DNA of 64,000 bases from Eledone cirrhosa (Eukaryota), in the NCBI GenBank assembly GCA_964016885.1, contig OZ024752.1:21266001-21330000 (forward strand). Direction: 5' to 3'. The position numbers and the translations under genes are program-made. The notes under the pieces are model-generated. The model was not told the DNA's origin, made no database searches, and saw only the letters and a program-made list of their open reading frames with translations. This document shows, in pieces, positions 40,655 to 53,926 of the stretch (position 1 is the stretch's first letter; each line of letters opens with the position of its first letter).

Positions 40655-41052
40655 GGAGGCACATGGCTTAGTGGTTAGAGCATTGGCCTTGCAATCGAAA
40701 GGTTGTGAGTTCAATTCTCAGACCGGGTGATGTGTTGTTTCCTTGAGCAAGACACTTTATTTCACATTGCTCCAGTTTACTCAGCTGTAGAAATGAGATG
40801 ATAGGGACTGGGGTCCCTATGATTCCACTGTAAAGTGGTCGTGGAGGTGCCACGGCAAAAAAGCACCCAGCCTACACTGTAAAGTGGTCGTGGAGGTCCC
40901 ACGGCTAAAAAGCACCCAGCACTCACTGTAAATGAGGTTGGTGTTAGGAAGGGCATCCAGCTGTAGAAATCAAGCCAGAATCAGTTCCCGTCCCACCCTT
41001 GCAAGCAGGGAAAAGCGGACGTAAAATGAAATGATGAAATGATGATGATGAT
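40655..41052 (+). mobile_element. tRNA-derived SINE family A (partial copy also at ~47520-47670)
   Basis: A box tggcttagtggttag, B box gagttcaattc, central ccttgagcaagacacttta, tail cccacccttgcaagcagggaaaagcggacgtaaaatga. Confidence 0.88.
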
Positions 41053-41084
41053 ATATATAATATTTATATATATATATATATATA

Positions 41085-41138
<54 letters not shown>

Positions 41139-41165
41139 TATTTATATACATATATATATAATATT

Positions 41166-41203
<38 letters not shown>

Positions 41204-41209
41204 CATATA

Positions 41210-44200
41210 TAACCAAAGATTAATATGGTTCATTGATTACTCAATGAATACAGTTTTACAATAGATTAAAAGCATTCAACAGTGAGTTTTCCTGGAGTTT
41301 TTAATATTATTCAAAATTTTAACAAATGAAGATATTCACATAATCAAAATATATGCTTTATTATATATATTTTCATAAATCTCAACATTTATATACCACA
41401 AATAATAATATGATAAACTTAAAGAAGAAAAGGAAGTGGGGCGAATTAGAGATATAAGAGAGGGTGTGAAGAGGAGGAAGGCAAGAGAAAAAAAAAAATA
41501 AATACATAAATGAATAAAAATAAATAAATGGATGGATGAATAGAGGAAGAAGAAAGGAGAAATAACGACAAAAGAGAGCGGACATAAAATATAGGGGGAT
41601 AGACAGAAAAAACCGTTGTTTTCAAATATTAGGTCAATTGAGGCAACCAATCAATTATCATAAACCATTGAATATCTCTTGTATTTGATTATCGTTATGC
41701 TAATTATACTTATATATTATATCAAAATTAATCAAAATACATTACTTTTTATAGCCGTCACATAATTAGTTTAATTAAAAATTTATATAATTTAATTTAA
41801 CTCATTTTAGATTATAATTTTTGGTTTAGGTAATATATTCCTTAAGTTACAACTTTAAAAAAAATTTTATCTTTAAAACAAATTAAAAACATTATTAAAC
41901 ATGCATTTAAAATATATATTAAAACACATGCATATATCACCATCAATATATATAATATATTAAGATCATTTTTTTATCCAAATTATTTTATTTAAATAGG
42001 ATATTCTCTTTATAAAATCATTTCTATTGTTTAATTATCATATAATTACAGGATTAAATTGCAGTTATATTTACCCTCAAAAGTTTTATTTCGTTAATTT
42101 ATATTTACTTCTGTAATTACATATCATTATAGTTTCCTTTTAAAGATATTCTTATTTTATTAAACTACATAATTCATGTCAAATATAATTTAGCAAGCTA
42201 TTCAAACAGAATAAAAATATTTACGAAGAATGTAAACAAAAGGAAGATAACTCATTCACCATATGTGAACATTTAAATCCTGTATCTACTCTGAAATCTA
42301 GTGATATTTCTAAACCATAAATCAACAATTGTCTAGTTAAATATTGAACTGTCCTAATCAAAACATAGGATACAGAGACTCTTAATGAAATTATTCTAAT
42401 AAAGTATTACCCCAGTAAGGCAAAAATTTATATATATTTTTTTTAAATGATTAATTGTCAATATTTTTTCGAAACTTGTACAATGCCTGGAATGTTTTAC
42501 CGAATTTATGTTGGCAGCTGCTGAATAATTCATTTTTCTTGTTAATTAAATTGTCATAATTTGTAATTATCAATAGTCTCCAACTGAGGTCAAGGCTAAA
42601 TCTATGGAAGGGCACTAGTGAAGTCATAGATTGGTTCAATAATATCGAAAATAAAAATAATCATAAGTTCATTCAAATGACATAGCAAGTTATTATTCCT
42701 CCATAACTCCTAACCTACTAAATAAGGCGCTATCATATGCATATAAACACACGGATCTATCTAGTGATGAGATAAATATTATTTTAACAGCAAGGCGAAC
42801 ATTGATAGATTTTATTAATGATCTTTGGACTAGATTGGATAGGCAGAAGAACTTTGACATTACTATGGGCTCGTCTGATTCGGTGCAAGTTACCGATCTT
42901 GTGGGAATTTTCATCCTTAACATGATAAATAGAAAACTGCCGGAGATTACCAGTGGTTTATATAGAGACGACATATTATTTATTGTAGAAAAACATAATA
43001 ATTACGAATTAAATAGAGTAAAGAAAGTAATTATAGAATTTTTTTTTAAATTACGACCTGAAATTAGAAGTAGAAAATAACAATAAAATAGTTAATTTTT
43101 TAGATGTAACTCTTAATTTGAACTGAGGCCTTCATTACCCTTTCCATAAACTCAATGAGAACTGAAATTATGTTAATTTTTATTCTAATCATCCTAAAAG
43201 TGTTAAGAATGCAATAGTCAACAGTGTACAACAACGTATATCCAGACTATCTGCTAATAGATCCATATTTAATAGTAAAGCCGTATATTATAATGAAGAG
43301 TTACGTAAAGCTGCATATAACAATAATATTGAGTATATAGAAAAAAATACTGAAAATAATATTAATTATAATCACAGTATTCATAATAATAATAATAAGA
43401 ATAATAATAAAAATTGACTATAAAAACAATAACTTGAGAAATAAATCGGGGAAAAAAATAAGAACTAGATCTATAATTTGGTATGCTCCGCCAGCACCTT
43501 TAGCTATTAAAACACCTTTAGCACATTTATTTTTTAAAGTCTTGGATAAATGCTTCCCTAGATCACATAAATATTACTCTATCTTCAATAGACACACAGT
43601 TAAACTCTCTTATTCAACAACTATGAATATTGCTCAAAATATAGCAAAAATAAATAGTTAAAATCTTAATTTGAACCAACATATAAATAGCGATAATAAC
43701 AATAATAATAATAATACATTAGTTAATGGGAATAACAATAATAATAGTTTAAATATGAATAATAGTAGAACACCTGTAAATAATAATAATAATTGTTTCT
43801 ACTTTAGGCACAAGGTCAGCAATTACCCACTACATTCAGACTCAGACTCAGAAGCTCCCGCGTCTTGCAACGCATGAGGCAATCATAGTGTTCCACCGCG
43901 TTCGGTCAGCAGCCAGTTGCACAGCGTCCCGCCATTGTCTGTTTGTCGCTCGCAGGTCCCTCTCAACTGTCTGGCGCCAGTTCATTTTGGATCGCCCTCT
44001 CCGTCTGCTTCCCTGTGGGTTCCATTTAAGTACTTGGTTCGCCAGTCTCTCCAGGGGAAGTCTCAAAGCGTGCCCAATCCAGCCCAGGCGTCGCTTGCAG
44101 ATGGCAGAAGAGACTAGCTGCTGGTTGGTGCCAGTACATTACTGGTACTTTATTTTATTGACCCCGTAAGGATGAAAGGTAAAGTTAACCTCGGCGGGAT

Positions 44201-44745
44201 TTGAACTCAGACTGTAAAGGGACGTAAATAATAATAATAATATGAATAGTTTAGGGTATAGAAATAACATCGAGAAGAAATGTAACTGTAGAACGAAGTC
44301 AGAATGTCCCTTACAAATTAACTGCCTTGACAAGAATCTAGTATATAAATGTACCATTAAGACAAATAATAATATATATAACTACATTGGTGCCACTTCA
44401 TCTAATCTAAATTTAAGGTTCGTTGGTACAATCATAACAATTCTTTTTCTAAACTATAACAAATTTTCAACCCCACTCTCACAATTAATATGGTCTTTGA
44501 AGGACAAGAATATTAAATACTCCATCTCTTGGACTCGGTTAAAGAATGGCAATTCCTATCGGAACATATACATTTCGGTAAATTGCAATCTTTGCAATCT
44601 TGAGACTCTATTGATAATTGCAAATTATGACAATTTAATTAACAAGAAAAATAAATTATACAGGAATTGAAATATCAATAGAGGTATGTCATATATCAAA
44701 TCATATATTTTGATTATGTGAATATCTTCATTTGTTAATATTTTG

Positions 44746-44752
<7 letters not shown>
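41210..44752 (+). mobile_element. Decayed Penelope-like element (RT 42590-43330, GIY-YIG 44270-44670) with an upstream inverted copy of its 3' end
   Basis: DITMGSSDS..DLVG, GLYRDD, FNRHTVKLSYSTT, CNCRTKSECPL..LVYKCTI..YIGAT; 42530-42582 and 41303-41355 are reverse complements of ~44605-44657 and ~44703-44752. Confidence 0.85.
43788..44228 (-). mobile_element. SINE family B interrupted by a fragment of a different RTE (~43838-44130), nested in the Penelope element
   Basis: WNPQGSRRRGR..W..TVERDL; flanking duplications ccactacatt/ccagtacatt (RTE) and gtaaataataataataat (SINE). Confidence 0.75.
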
Positions 44753-44833
<81 letters not shown>

Positions 44834-45139
44834 AATATATATATATATATATATATACATATAAAATATATATATATATATATATACATATAAAATATAT
44901 ATATATATATATATACATATAAAATATATATATATATATATATACATATAAAATATATATATATATATACATATAAAATATATATATATATATACATATA
45001 AAATATATATGTATATATATATATATATAATATATATATGTATATATATATATATATAATATATATATATGTAATATATATATATATATTATATATATTG
45101 CAAATTTATATGGTATATATTGTATATAGATATTATATA

Positions 45140-46920
45140 TAGAATAATCAAGCTTAGATTAGTTGTAGGCAAAAGACTACTGACAACCATCTCTGCCTAT
45201 GCTCCCCAGGCAGGCCTAGGTAAAGAAGAGAAAGACTGCTTTTACGAGAAACTTTTACAAACAGCCGCAATGACAGAAGACGGAGACATCATTATGCTAG
45301 CAGGGGACTTCAGTGGTCATGTTGGACAGCTCCAGGATGGTTACACTGGGGTACATAGTGGGCACGGTTACGGCTAAAAAAATGAAGAAGGGGTGAGACT
45401 TCTTGAATGCACTAACCATTTGCAACACTAACTTCCAGAAACCTGCCAACCACCTAATAACCTACAAATCAGACGAGCACATAAGCCAGATCGACTTCTT
45501 GCTAGTTAGGCAGCGGGACCAGCTGATGGTGTCAAATACCAAGGCATATCCCGGGGAAGAAGGTTAGTCGTTAGTATCTCAGTAAGCAAGAGACGGAATG
45601 AGACATACAGGAAGGTGTGGAGAAGAAAGATCTGGAAGCTAAAAGACCTTTCACTAAAATACAAATTTAGGAAAACCCTTCAAGATGTGTATGACGAAAA
45701 AGAAGACGATTTAGAGTTGTATGACATAGATGATAACTGGAATTACTTACGTGACAACTTACTGCAGGCTACTGATAAAACTTGTGGCCGGTGCACTTAG
45801 TCTCACGAATGATCAGAAAAAGAAGGCCTGGAAATGTCATTATGAGAGACTGATAAATGTGGAGAACGAATGGGAGAGAGAGAAGTTACCCTCAGTAGAT
45901 CCGACAGAGAGACCAGCTATAGAGATTGATGAATATAGGGTCCAAGAGGCGATTAAGGAAATGAAAAATGGTAAGGCTGCTGGACCGTCGGGGATAGTTG
46001 CTGAGATGCTGAAGGCATCAGGGGATGTAGGCACTAAACTGGTTGCACACATCATCAATCAGGCTATATATGACGGTGTCATACCCAAAGACTGGTGTAG
46101 CAGTATTCTTATAAATTGCTACAAAGGTAAAGGGGATGCTCTGGAGAGGAGCAATTATAGGGGCATAAAACTGATGGATCAGATTATGAAAGTGGAAGAA
46201 AGGATATCAGCGCTACTAATTAGAGAAAGGGTCAAACTAGATGAGATGTAGTTTGGTTTTGTGCCTGGAAAAAGTACAACAGATGCCCTCTTCTTAGTGA
46301 GACAATTACAAGAGAGGTTCTTAGAGAAGAATAAGCCACTATACTTAGCTTTTGTTGACCTAGAGAAGGCTTTTGATAGGGTACTCTGATCTGTAATCTG
46401 GTGGTCCCTAAGGAAACTAGGTATTTGAGGAATGGCTTGTGAGGGCAGTGCAAGGCTTGTACAAAAGTGCTGTCAGTAAAGTGAGGGTAGGAATGGAGGT
46501 TAGTGAGGAATTTCAGATACAAGTAGGAGTACATCAGGGTTTGGTCCTTAGCCCCCTCTTGTTTATTATAGTCCTCCAAGCCATAACAGAGGAGTTTAAG
46601 ACTGGCTGTCCATGGTACTTCTCTATGCTGACGATCTGGTTCTTATAGCAGAATCAGTAGAGGAGCTAGAGAATAAATTCTGGCTATGGAAACAGCAGTA
46701 GGAATCAAAAGGACTGAGAGTGAACCTAGCTAAGACAAAAGTGTTGATGAGTAAAAAAGAGGACACAACTCTGATTCCGTCAGGGAAATGGCCATGTTCG
46801 ATATGCAGAAAAGGAACTGGCATAAATTCTCTCTCTATATATATACACAATGCAGATCTTGCATACACAAGAGATGTAGTGGGATACCAGGCAAACTAAC
46901 AGGTAGGGAGAAATACGTAT
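45140..46920 (+). mobile_element. Decayed RTE LINE (APE to RT to PHD-like finger)
   Basis: ISAYAPQ, AGDF.GHVG, YRGIKL and HQG; many stops. Confidence 0.92.
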
Positions 46921-47014
46921 ATATATTTATATATTTACATATATATATATACTAACAGAATGGCCTGGCGTTGCTAGGGATTCTAAACATAGATTGGCAT
47001 ATTTATCCCTCCTT

Positions 47015-47520
47015 TCTGAAACAGTTTCGTCGTATGTTCACCAATTGATGCAGAAGTCCTAATAAAAAGTAAAGTCGCCTTGGGTGAATAGGCAAATAAT
47101 TTTCCATTAAGATTTTTCAAAAGCATGTAATTGCGTTCCCTCTCTTTTGTTGTTGTTGTTTTTGCTGCTGTTGGTGTGATAGCGGCCGTTGGTCGTACTA
47201 CTAACACAGTCTCGTCCTTCGTCAGCCAATCGTGTATATCCCCTTCTGCCTCGTCAGTAATGAGAACAATATTTGCTCTAGGGTTCTTATATATTGATAT
47301 ATATTTATCCTTATCGAGCCTCATGAAATAAATACGTTTGTTTATATTTTGTTATTGTGTATGCAAAAATATTTGTATACGAATATATAATTATATATAT
47401 ATATATATTAAAACAACAGATTAAAGTTGAAGCAAAGAATCGCTGCTTTCACCCTTAACGGGATCTTCTGAAACTAAAAAAATCAATCTGTGAACGCAGA
47501 AGTAAATATTTCGAAAAACG
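47015..47520 (-). mobile_element. Repeat family carrying a CAGAAGA hammerhead variant (47425-47475); other copies at 10215-10565, 30422-30490 and 53590-53699 + 55230-55461
   Basis: Shared blocks aaatatttacttctgcgttcacagatt, agtttcagaagatcccgttaagg.tgaaagca and gataaatatatatcaa. Confidence 0.7.
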
Positions 47521-47699
47521 GGTGATGTGTTGTTTCCTTGAGCAAGACACTTTATTCCACATTGCTCCAGTTTACTCAGCTGTATAAATGAGATGATAAG
47601 ACTGGGGTCCCTATCATTACACTGCAAAATGGTCGTGCAGGTGCCACGTCAAAAAAGCACCCAGCACACATGTTTCTGAAACGCATGCTTATTCAACAT

Positions 47700-50600
47700 T
47701 TGTCACCTTAAAGGAGGTTTAGTTAATGTGTTTATGGTCATAAGGTTCCAGTTTATCATGATGTGATTTTTCGTCCATTTTTGCCCGTATCCTTTCAATG
47801 GTTAGTACTTACTTATTGCTATGTTCGAACTGAACAAACATACTGACACTTAAATTTGTCTGGTACACAAAATCTTGCAAAACATACCCACTTTCTCAGA
47901 CCACATAGATTTATCACATTATCTGTGTTTAGATTTGCTTACTTATTTGTCCACTATTTATCGTTCTCTAAAAACAATGTCCCCCAAGAAAAGAACTTTC
48001 ATTGGTCGATTATCTAATGAAGCAAGTAGGTCTAAACGAAGGCGTCTACCCGAAGATGTAAATGCGACTGCGATCAGGCTCTCACAGAATGCTGTGCAGA
48101 CGCCAGCTGCTAGAGCGGAGGAGGATGACAGTCGGTGTGAACTTCAATGGAACAAAGATGTTGCCGCGACTGCCACTGCTGGCGCTCGAGAGGATGAAGG
48201 ACGATGCGCCGTTCAACGAAGCAGGGACCCTCTGCAACAGCCGCTGCTCGCGCTCGAGAGGATGAAGGACAACGCGCCGTTCGACGAAGCAGGGACGCTG
48301 CTGCCACTGCTGCTGCACGAAATACTGAAACCATAGAGCAATGACATGGCCGACTTTGTGGCACTTCTAGGACTTGCAATTCACGATGGTTGTTGAAGGC
48401 CTTTAACTACGACCCCTCCTCCGACTACGCTGTCCAAGCAGATATTCAAATTGGGGAAATGACCTCTACTTGCCAGATTTGTCGTACAAAAAAGTGGCCA
48501 GGGGAGAGAGATGGAATGAGCTGTTCAAACGGTAAAGTTAGACTACCTCCTATTCACGACCCTCCAGAGACATAGCAACTCTTTTTGACAGACACGACGG
48601 AGGAATCATCAAAGTTTCTGTGTAATATCCGCCGCTACAATTCCGCATTTCAGATGACATCCTTCGGAGCAAAGCTTGACTCAGAACGTGGGTTTATGCC
48701 AACTTTCAAGGTCCAGGGGCAGATCTACCACTTGATTGGGTCTATTCAGTCTCTGGCAGAAAAGGATCCTCAATTTCTTCAGTTATACTTCGTTAGAATC
48801 TATCAGCAGCCGGCAGAGATGTGAAACTCTATTTCATCCGAAATTAACATTGAAACCATAATAAAACATACATGCTGACCGAAGGCCATCTGGAGAACAC
48901 GCTGGTCGGTTCAACGCACCAACATGTAATAAGATTGCTGTGGTTATTTGTGGTGAACAGCACAAGAGAGATATCATTCTAAAGCACCGAGACAGCACAT
49001 TACAACGTATCAATGAGACACACAGGTTCTATTATGCACACCAGTATCCATTGCTATTTGTCAACAGCGAGGATGGATACCATTTCGGCATTCCTCAACA
49101 TTTGGCAGGCAATGGTGAGGCACACAATCTGTCACCTGCATGGATTTCTACACTTTCTGATTTATGGTAAGGGACAATTCATTCAACCATCTACACCATT
49201 CTCAGGACCTTTTCCAACAATTTGCTGTTCTGTTGATATGGCCGTTAAAATGGAGTCCGAGAGATTATGGTTCATTAAATTAAATCAAAAGTAACTTCGA
49301 TCTGAATGCTACATTCATCTATGCGATGGAATTAACAATGATGTATCCCCAGACAATTTAGGGAAAGTGTGTATTTTGCATTCAACGTTCACAGGGGGAC
49401 CCCGATACATGCACGAGAGGACTCAGGACGCCATGACTTACGTATGACATTATGGACCTTTTCATAACGTTTACATGCAATCCCAAGTGGAAGGAGATTA
49501 CAAACGAACTGTTCCACGGTCAAGCGCCAAGACACAGGCACGATCTCATAGCAAGAGTGTTTCGCCTGAAATTATCCAAATTAATGGATTTATTAAATAA
49601 AGGACAGGTTTTGGGGCCTGTCAGGTGCGACATGTACACGGTTGAATGGCAGAAACGAGGGCTGCCGCATGCCCATATTTTGATTTGGTTGGTTACAAAA
49701 ATCAGTTCAAACTACATCGACAAATTCATTTCTGCCGAACTACCTGATCCGTCGATTAACAAGGACCTCTATAGTCACATCAAATATGGTCCATAGTCCT
49801 TGCGGACATGGACTCAATATGAAGTCCCCGTGCATACACAACGCAAATTGTACAAAACGATATCCCAGGCCGTTTTTACAGGAAACATAGACTGGCGGTG
49901 ACGGATATCCGTTGTGTAGGCGCAGGAGACCTGAAGACGGTGGGTTCACAGCAAAAGTTGGTGAACGTGAAATCGACAACAGCTGGATAGTGCCATATTG
50001 CCCCCTCCTCTTGAAAGCGTTCAACGCCCATATAAACGTCGAATTTTGCAACTCAGTAAAATCAATTAAATACGTTTGTAAGTACATACACAAGGGATCG
50101 GATGCTGCCGTCTTTGGTCTTTGTCATGAAAACAGAATAGACGAGGTATCTGACTACCAAGCAGGCCGATACATTAGCAGCAATGAAGCCTTTTGGTGCA
50201 TTTTTAGCTTCCCACTGCACCAACGACACCCCGTCATTAAACAACTTGCCGTTCACCTTGAAAACGGTCAACGGGTGTATTTCAACGATGAAACAGCTGC
50301 TCAGGTAGCGATCTCACCAAAGGAAACTACACTCACCGCTTTTTTCAAACTTTGTCAACATGACGACTTCGCTCGAACTCTGCTGTATTCTGAAATACCG
50401 TCTTACTATACATGGAACTGGACAAAATGGCTACGAAGGAAGGTAGGGCAAGAGGTGGTTGGACATCCAGGCATCAAATTCGACAATTGCCTTGGGCAAG
50501 TTTATATGGTCTACCCTACCCAACATGAATGCTTCTACCTGCGACTTCTGCTTCATGAGGTAAGAGGGCTGACCAGCTTCACTCATCTGAGAACCGTCGA

Positions 50601-53254
50601 TGGATGCGCCTGTGGAACGTACGTGCTTGAGGCGTGGACTTTTATAAGATGACGCACAGTGGGATACAACCTTGACGGAAGCTACCATCTCACAATCATC
50701 CCGTAGTCTAAGGGCACTTTTTGCTATCCTCTTGCACGTCTGTGAATTGAGCGATCCTTACTCTTTATGGCAAAAGTTTAAAGATGATTTTGCAGACGAA
50801 TATAGGTGTATCGCTCAATTGCAATCTCCAAACTTAGATGTCGGCTTTTCAGACGCTATATATAACAGAGCTCTGATCGATACTGAAGACAGAGTGGCTT
50901 CAATGGGCGGAGATGTCTTGGAGAAATATGGGCTTCCGCAAACACTTCAAGATGCGCCATCTGACATTCCCAACGACATTATACGTGAAACGTCATATGA
51001 TGTCGACGAACTCAAAAGGTGTGTTGAAGAAAATGAACCAAAACTTCTAATGGATCAAAAACAAGCCTACAGCATTGTCGTTGATTCCATCTGTAATCGG
51101 GGAGGGGGAATATTCTTCCTGACGCACCTGGAGGCACGGGCAAATCATTTGTAATCAAACTTTTACTCGCTGCAGTGAGGCAACACGGAAACATCGCATT
51201 GGCCGTGGCTTTTTCCGGCATTGCAGCAACTTTGCTGCCTGGTGGCAGGACGGCACATTCTGTCTTCAGTCTTCCTCTCAACGTGGCAACATCTGAGACA
51301 CCCACGTGCAACATCAACAAGTCTTCCGGAAAAGCACTGGTGTTAAAGCGCTGCCTACTAATTATTTGGGACGAATGCACAATGGCCCACAAGGCGGCTT
51401 TCGAGGCATTAGACCGGTCACTCAGAGACATCAGGGAACGTGAAGAACCAATAGGAGGTGTCACTTTCCTGTTATCTGGGGACTTCCGACAGACTGCCTG
51501 TAATCCCAAAAGGTACGTGGGCTGATGAGGTTGGTGCATGCCTTAAGGCCTCCCCACTTTGGCGTTATGTAAGAAAGCTGACGCTTACAACAAACATGAG
51601 AGCACAACTGCAAGGTGATGAGACATCAGCGGGTTTTGCTGTTGCCATTTTGTCTTTGGGAGATGGCAAAGTCCCACTCGACGGAGATGGTGCAGCGGAC
51701 CTCACAAGGATTTGCAGATGCGTCAAGTCAATTGCTGAGTTACGGACGTTTGTTTTTCCTAATCTTGAGGAGAACTACACAAATCAAGAGTGGTTGTGTG
51801 AACGCGCAATATTGACTTCGAAAAATCACATAGTTGGAAACATCAATGAACAGCTCATGCTGTGCTTGCCTGGAGACCTGCACGTCTACAAGTCCCATTG
51901 CTGATCCGGACGAAGTTGTTAATTACCCCACATAATTTCTTAACTCCCTAGACCCTCCCGGATTGCCACCACACTTACTGCAACTTAAGAAAGGTGCCCC
52001 TGTCATGCTCCTCAGGAATTTGGAACCCCGAAGGCTTTCCAACGGCACACATCTGGTCGTCCAAAAGGCGATGCCTTATGTTATTGAGGCAACAATACTT
52101 ACAGGATGTGGTAAGGGGGATACTCTCTTCATACCAAGGATACCTCTCATTCCATTCGGTAAAGACATTTCTTTCACATTCAGAAGGTTGCAATTCTCTC
52201 CCCGGATCAGTTTCACCATGTCGATTAACAAATCACAGAGTCACACGCTGACGGTCGTAGGGCTTAATTTATAAGAACCGTGCTTCTCCCATGGTCAACT
52301 ATATGTTGGCTGCTCTCGAGTGGGGAGCCGACATAACCTATTTGCTTTTGCAACTCACGAGAAAACCCAAACTATAGTCTATAAGGAAGTTTTGTAGGCA
52401 CCCCATCCACCAACAAGTAATCGCTGTTTTTTTTTTGTATAAATGCTTACATTTGCTGTATCCGTGTGCTATTTTTGTCCTTTTGACAATACCACGCACG
52501 CCTCTGAGGTTGCTTTTACTATACGTTATAAATATTCAATGTCTCCGTTTTCCGCATTTATATGTTGCTATTACACTTTGCTATCGATGTTCCATAGTTT
52601 TAACCTAATTAATCTACTTTTCCCTACATCTTATTTACACATTTTTTTGACATTCCAGCATGATCTTGCCAAGACCGTTTTTGTGGCCATCGACTGTTAC
52701 ATGCTTTTCTAGGTTACAATCTCAAATAACAAGCAAAGCAAATAAGACACACTAAAGTGGTATGAAGGACTTCTTAAGGGCCACCACCTCTAATTGGAGT
52801 CGTCTTTGCTGACAGCTCTGCCGCTGAGACTTTTAAGAGTGAACGATCCAAGGCCCTCTTCAAGTTTAAATTGTTACCATCGGATTCATCTTTGCTGGCA
52901 ACACCGCCGCTGAGATATTTCAAAGTGAATGTTAAAAGGTCCTCTTCAGGGCCACCAACTATAAATTGTTATTGCTGGATTTGTCTTTGCTGGCAGCTCC
53001 GCCGCTGAGACTTTTAAGAGTGAACGACCCAAGGCTCTCTTTAGGGCCACCAACTTTAAATTGTTACCATCGGATTCGTCTTTGCTGGCAGCACTGCCGC
53101 AGAAATATTTCAAAGTGAACGTTCAAAAGCCCTCTTTAGGGCCAACACCTATAAATTGTTACTTCTATAGTTGTGTTTAATGGAAGTCTTTCGGTTCATT
53201 TGAACGACTACTCCATTGAGAGTTATACTGGGCAACGCCGGGTACCTCTACTAG
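47700..53254 (+). mobile_element. Decayed autonomous-type Helitron (RepHel remnants 47977-52397)
   Basis: FITFTCNPKW, VEWQKRGLPHAH, KYVCKYIHKG, GGRTAHS, WDECTM, MSINKSQ; subterminal tandem repeats 52775-53165; hairpin ctgggcaacgccggg then CTAG at 53251-53254; 5' end not located. Confidence 0.93.
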
Positions 53255-53500
53255 TCTATATATCTACAACAGAGAATGTCTGTATGTCTGACTCCCTAAA
53301 ACTCGAGAACCACCCAACCGATTTTTTTCAAACTTAACAAAAGTAATACTTATGGTCGTGTGAGTGTTTAGAGCATTAGGCAATTTAATGATCTCTCTCT
53401 CGCTTTCTTAGTCTGACTTTTCAGATAGATACATGGCTATAAGGTCGCGCCCTTATAATATCTGTTTGTATGTCTGGCTGTCTGCATTACAACATTATGG
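53255..53500 (+). mobile_element. Helitron 5'-end sequence related to the element at 1947-3352
   Basis: Starts TCTATATAT; shares ccctaaaactc.agaa.cacccaaccga and gtcgcgcccttataatatctgt. Confidence 0.7.
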
Positions 53501-53540
53501 CACTATCTGTGTGTATGTGTGTATATATGTATATATAGTG

Positions 53541-53581
<41 letters not shown>

Positions 53582-53699
53582 TGTAATGTTTTTCGAAATA
53601 TTTACTTCTGCGTTCACAGATTGATTTTTTTAGTTTCAGAAGATCCCGTTAAGGATGAAAGCAACGATTCTTCGCTTAAACTTTAATCTGTTATTTTAA

Positions 53700-53910
53700 C
53701 CCTTTCGCATTTACATTACTCTATATATACTATTATATTTTCATGGTAAAGGCTTTATCTCGCATAATTATCTCACATAATATCGAATCTATGAGATTTT
53801 GAAAATATTTATTTTCAGAACAATACCTTAACATTAGTTTGAGTGAGCCAGTTTCAACAGAAAGAGATAGAGAATTCTGGCCGGTTTTGACCGGTTTGAA
53901 CATTAAAGGG
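53700..53910. mobile_element. piggyBac-type MITE
   Basis: TTAA-CCCTTT...AAAGGG-TTAA, 211 bp; removing it restores the flanking repeat. Confidence 0.7.
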
Positions 53911-53926
53911 TTAATATATATATATA

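Noticed and set aside
40655-40730. tRNA-like sequence
   Set aside because: It is the head of a dispersed SINE and runs into the SINE body; no clean cloverleaf
41239-41287. Hammerhead-like remnant on the minus strand (actca-CTGTTGA...tgagt)
   Set aside because: Both core strands are altered; too degenerate to call
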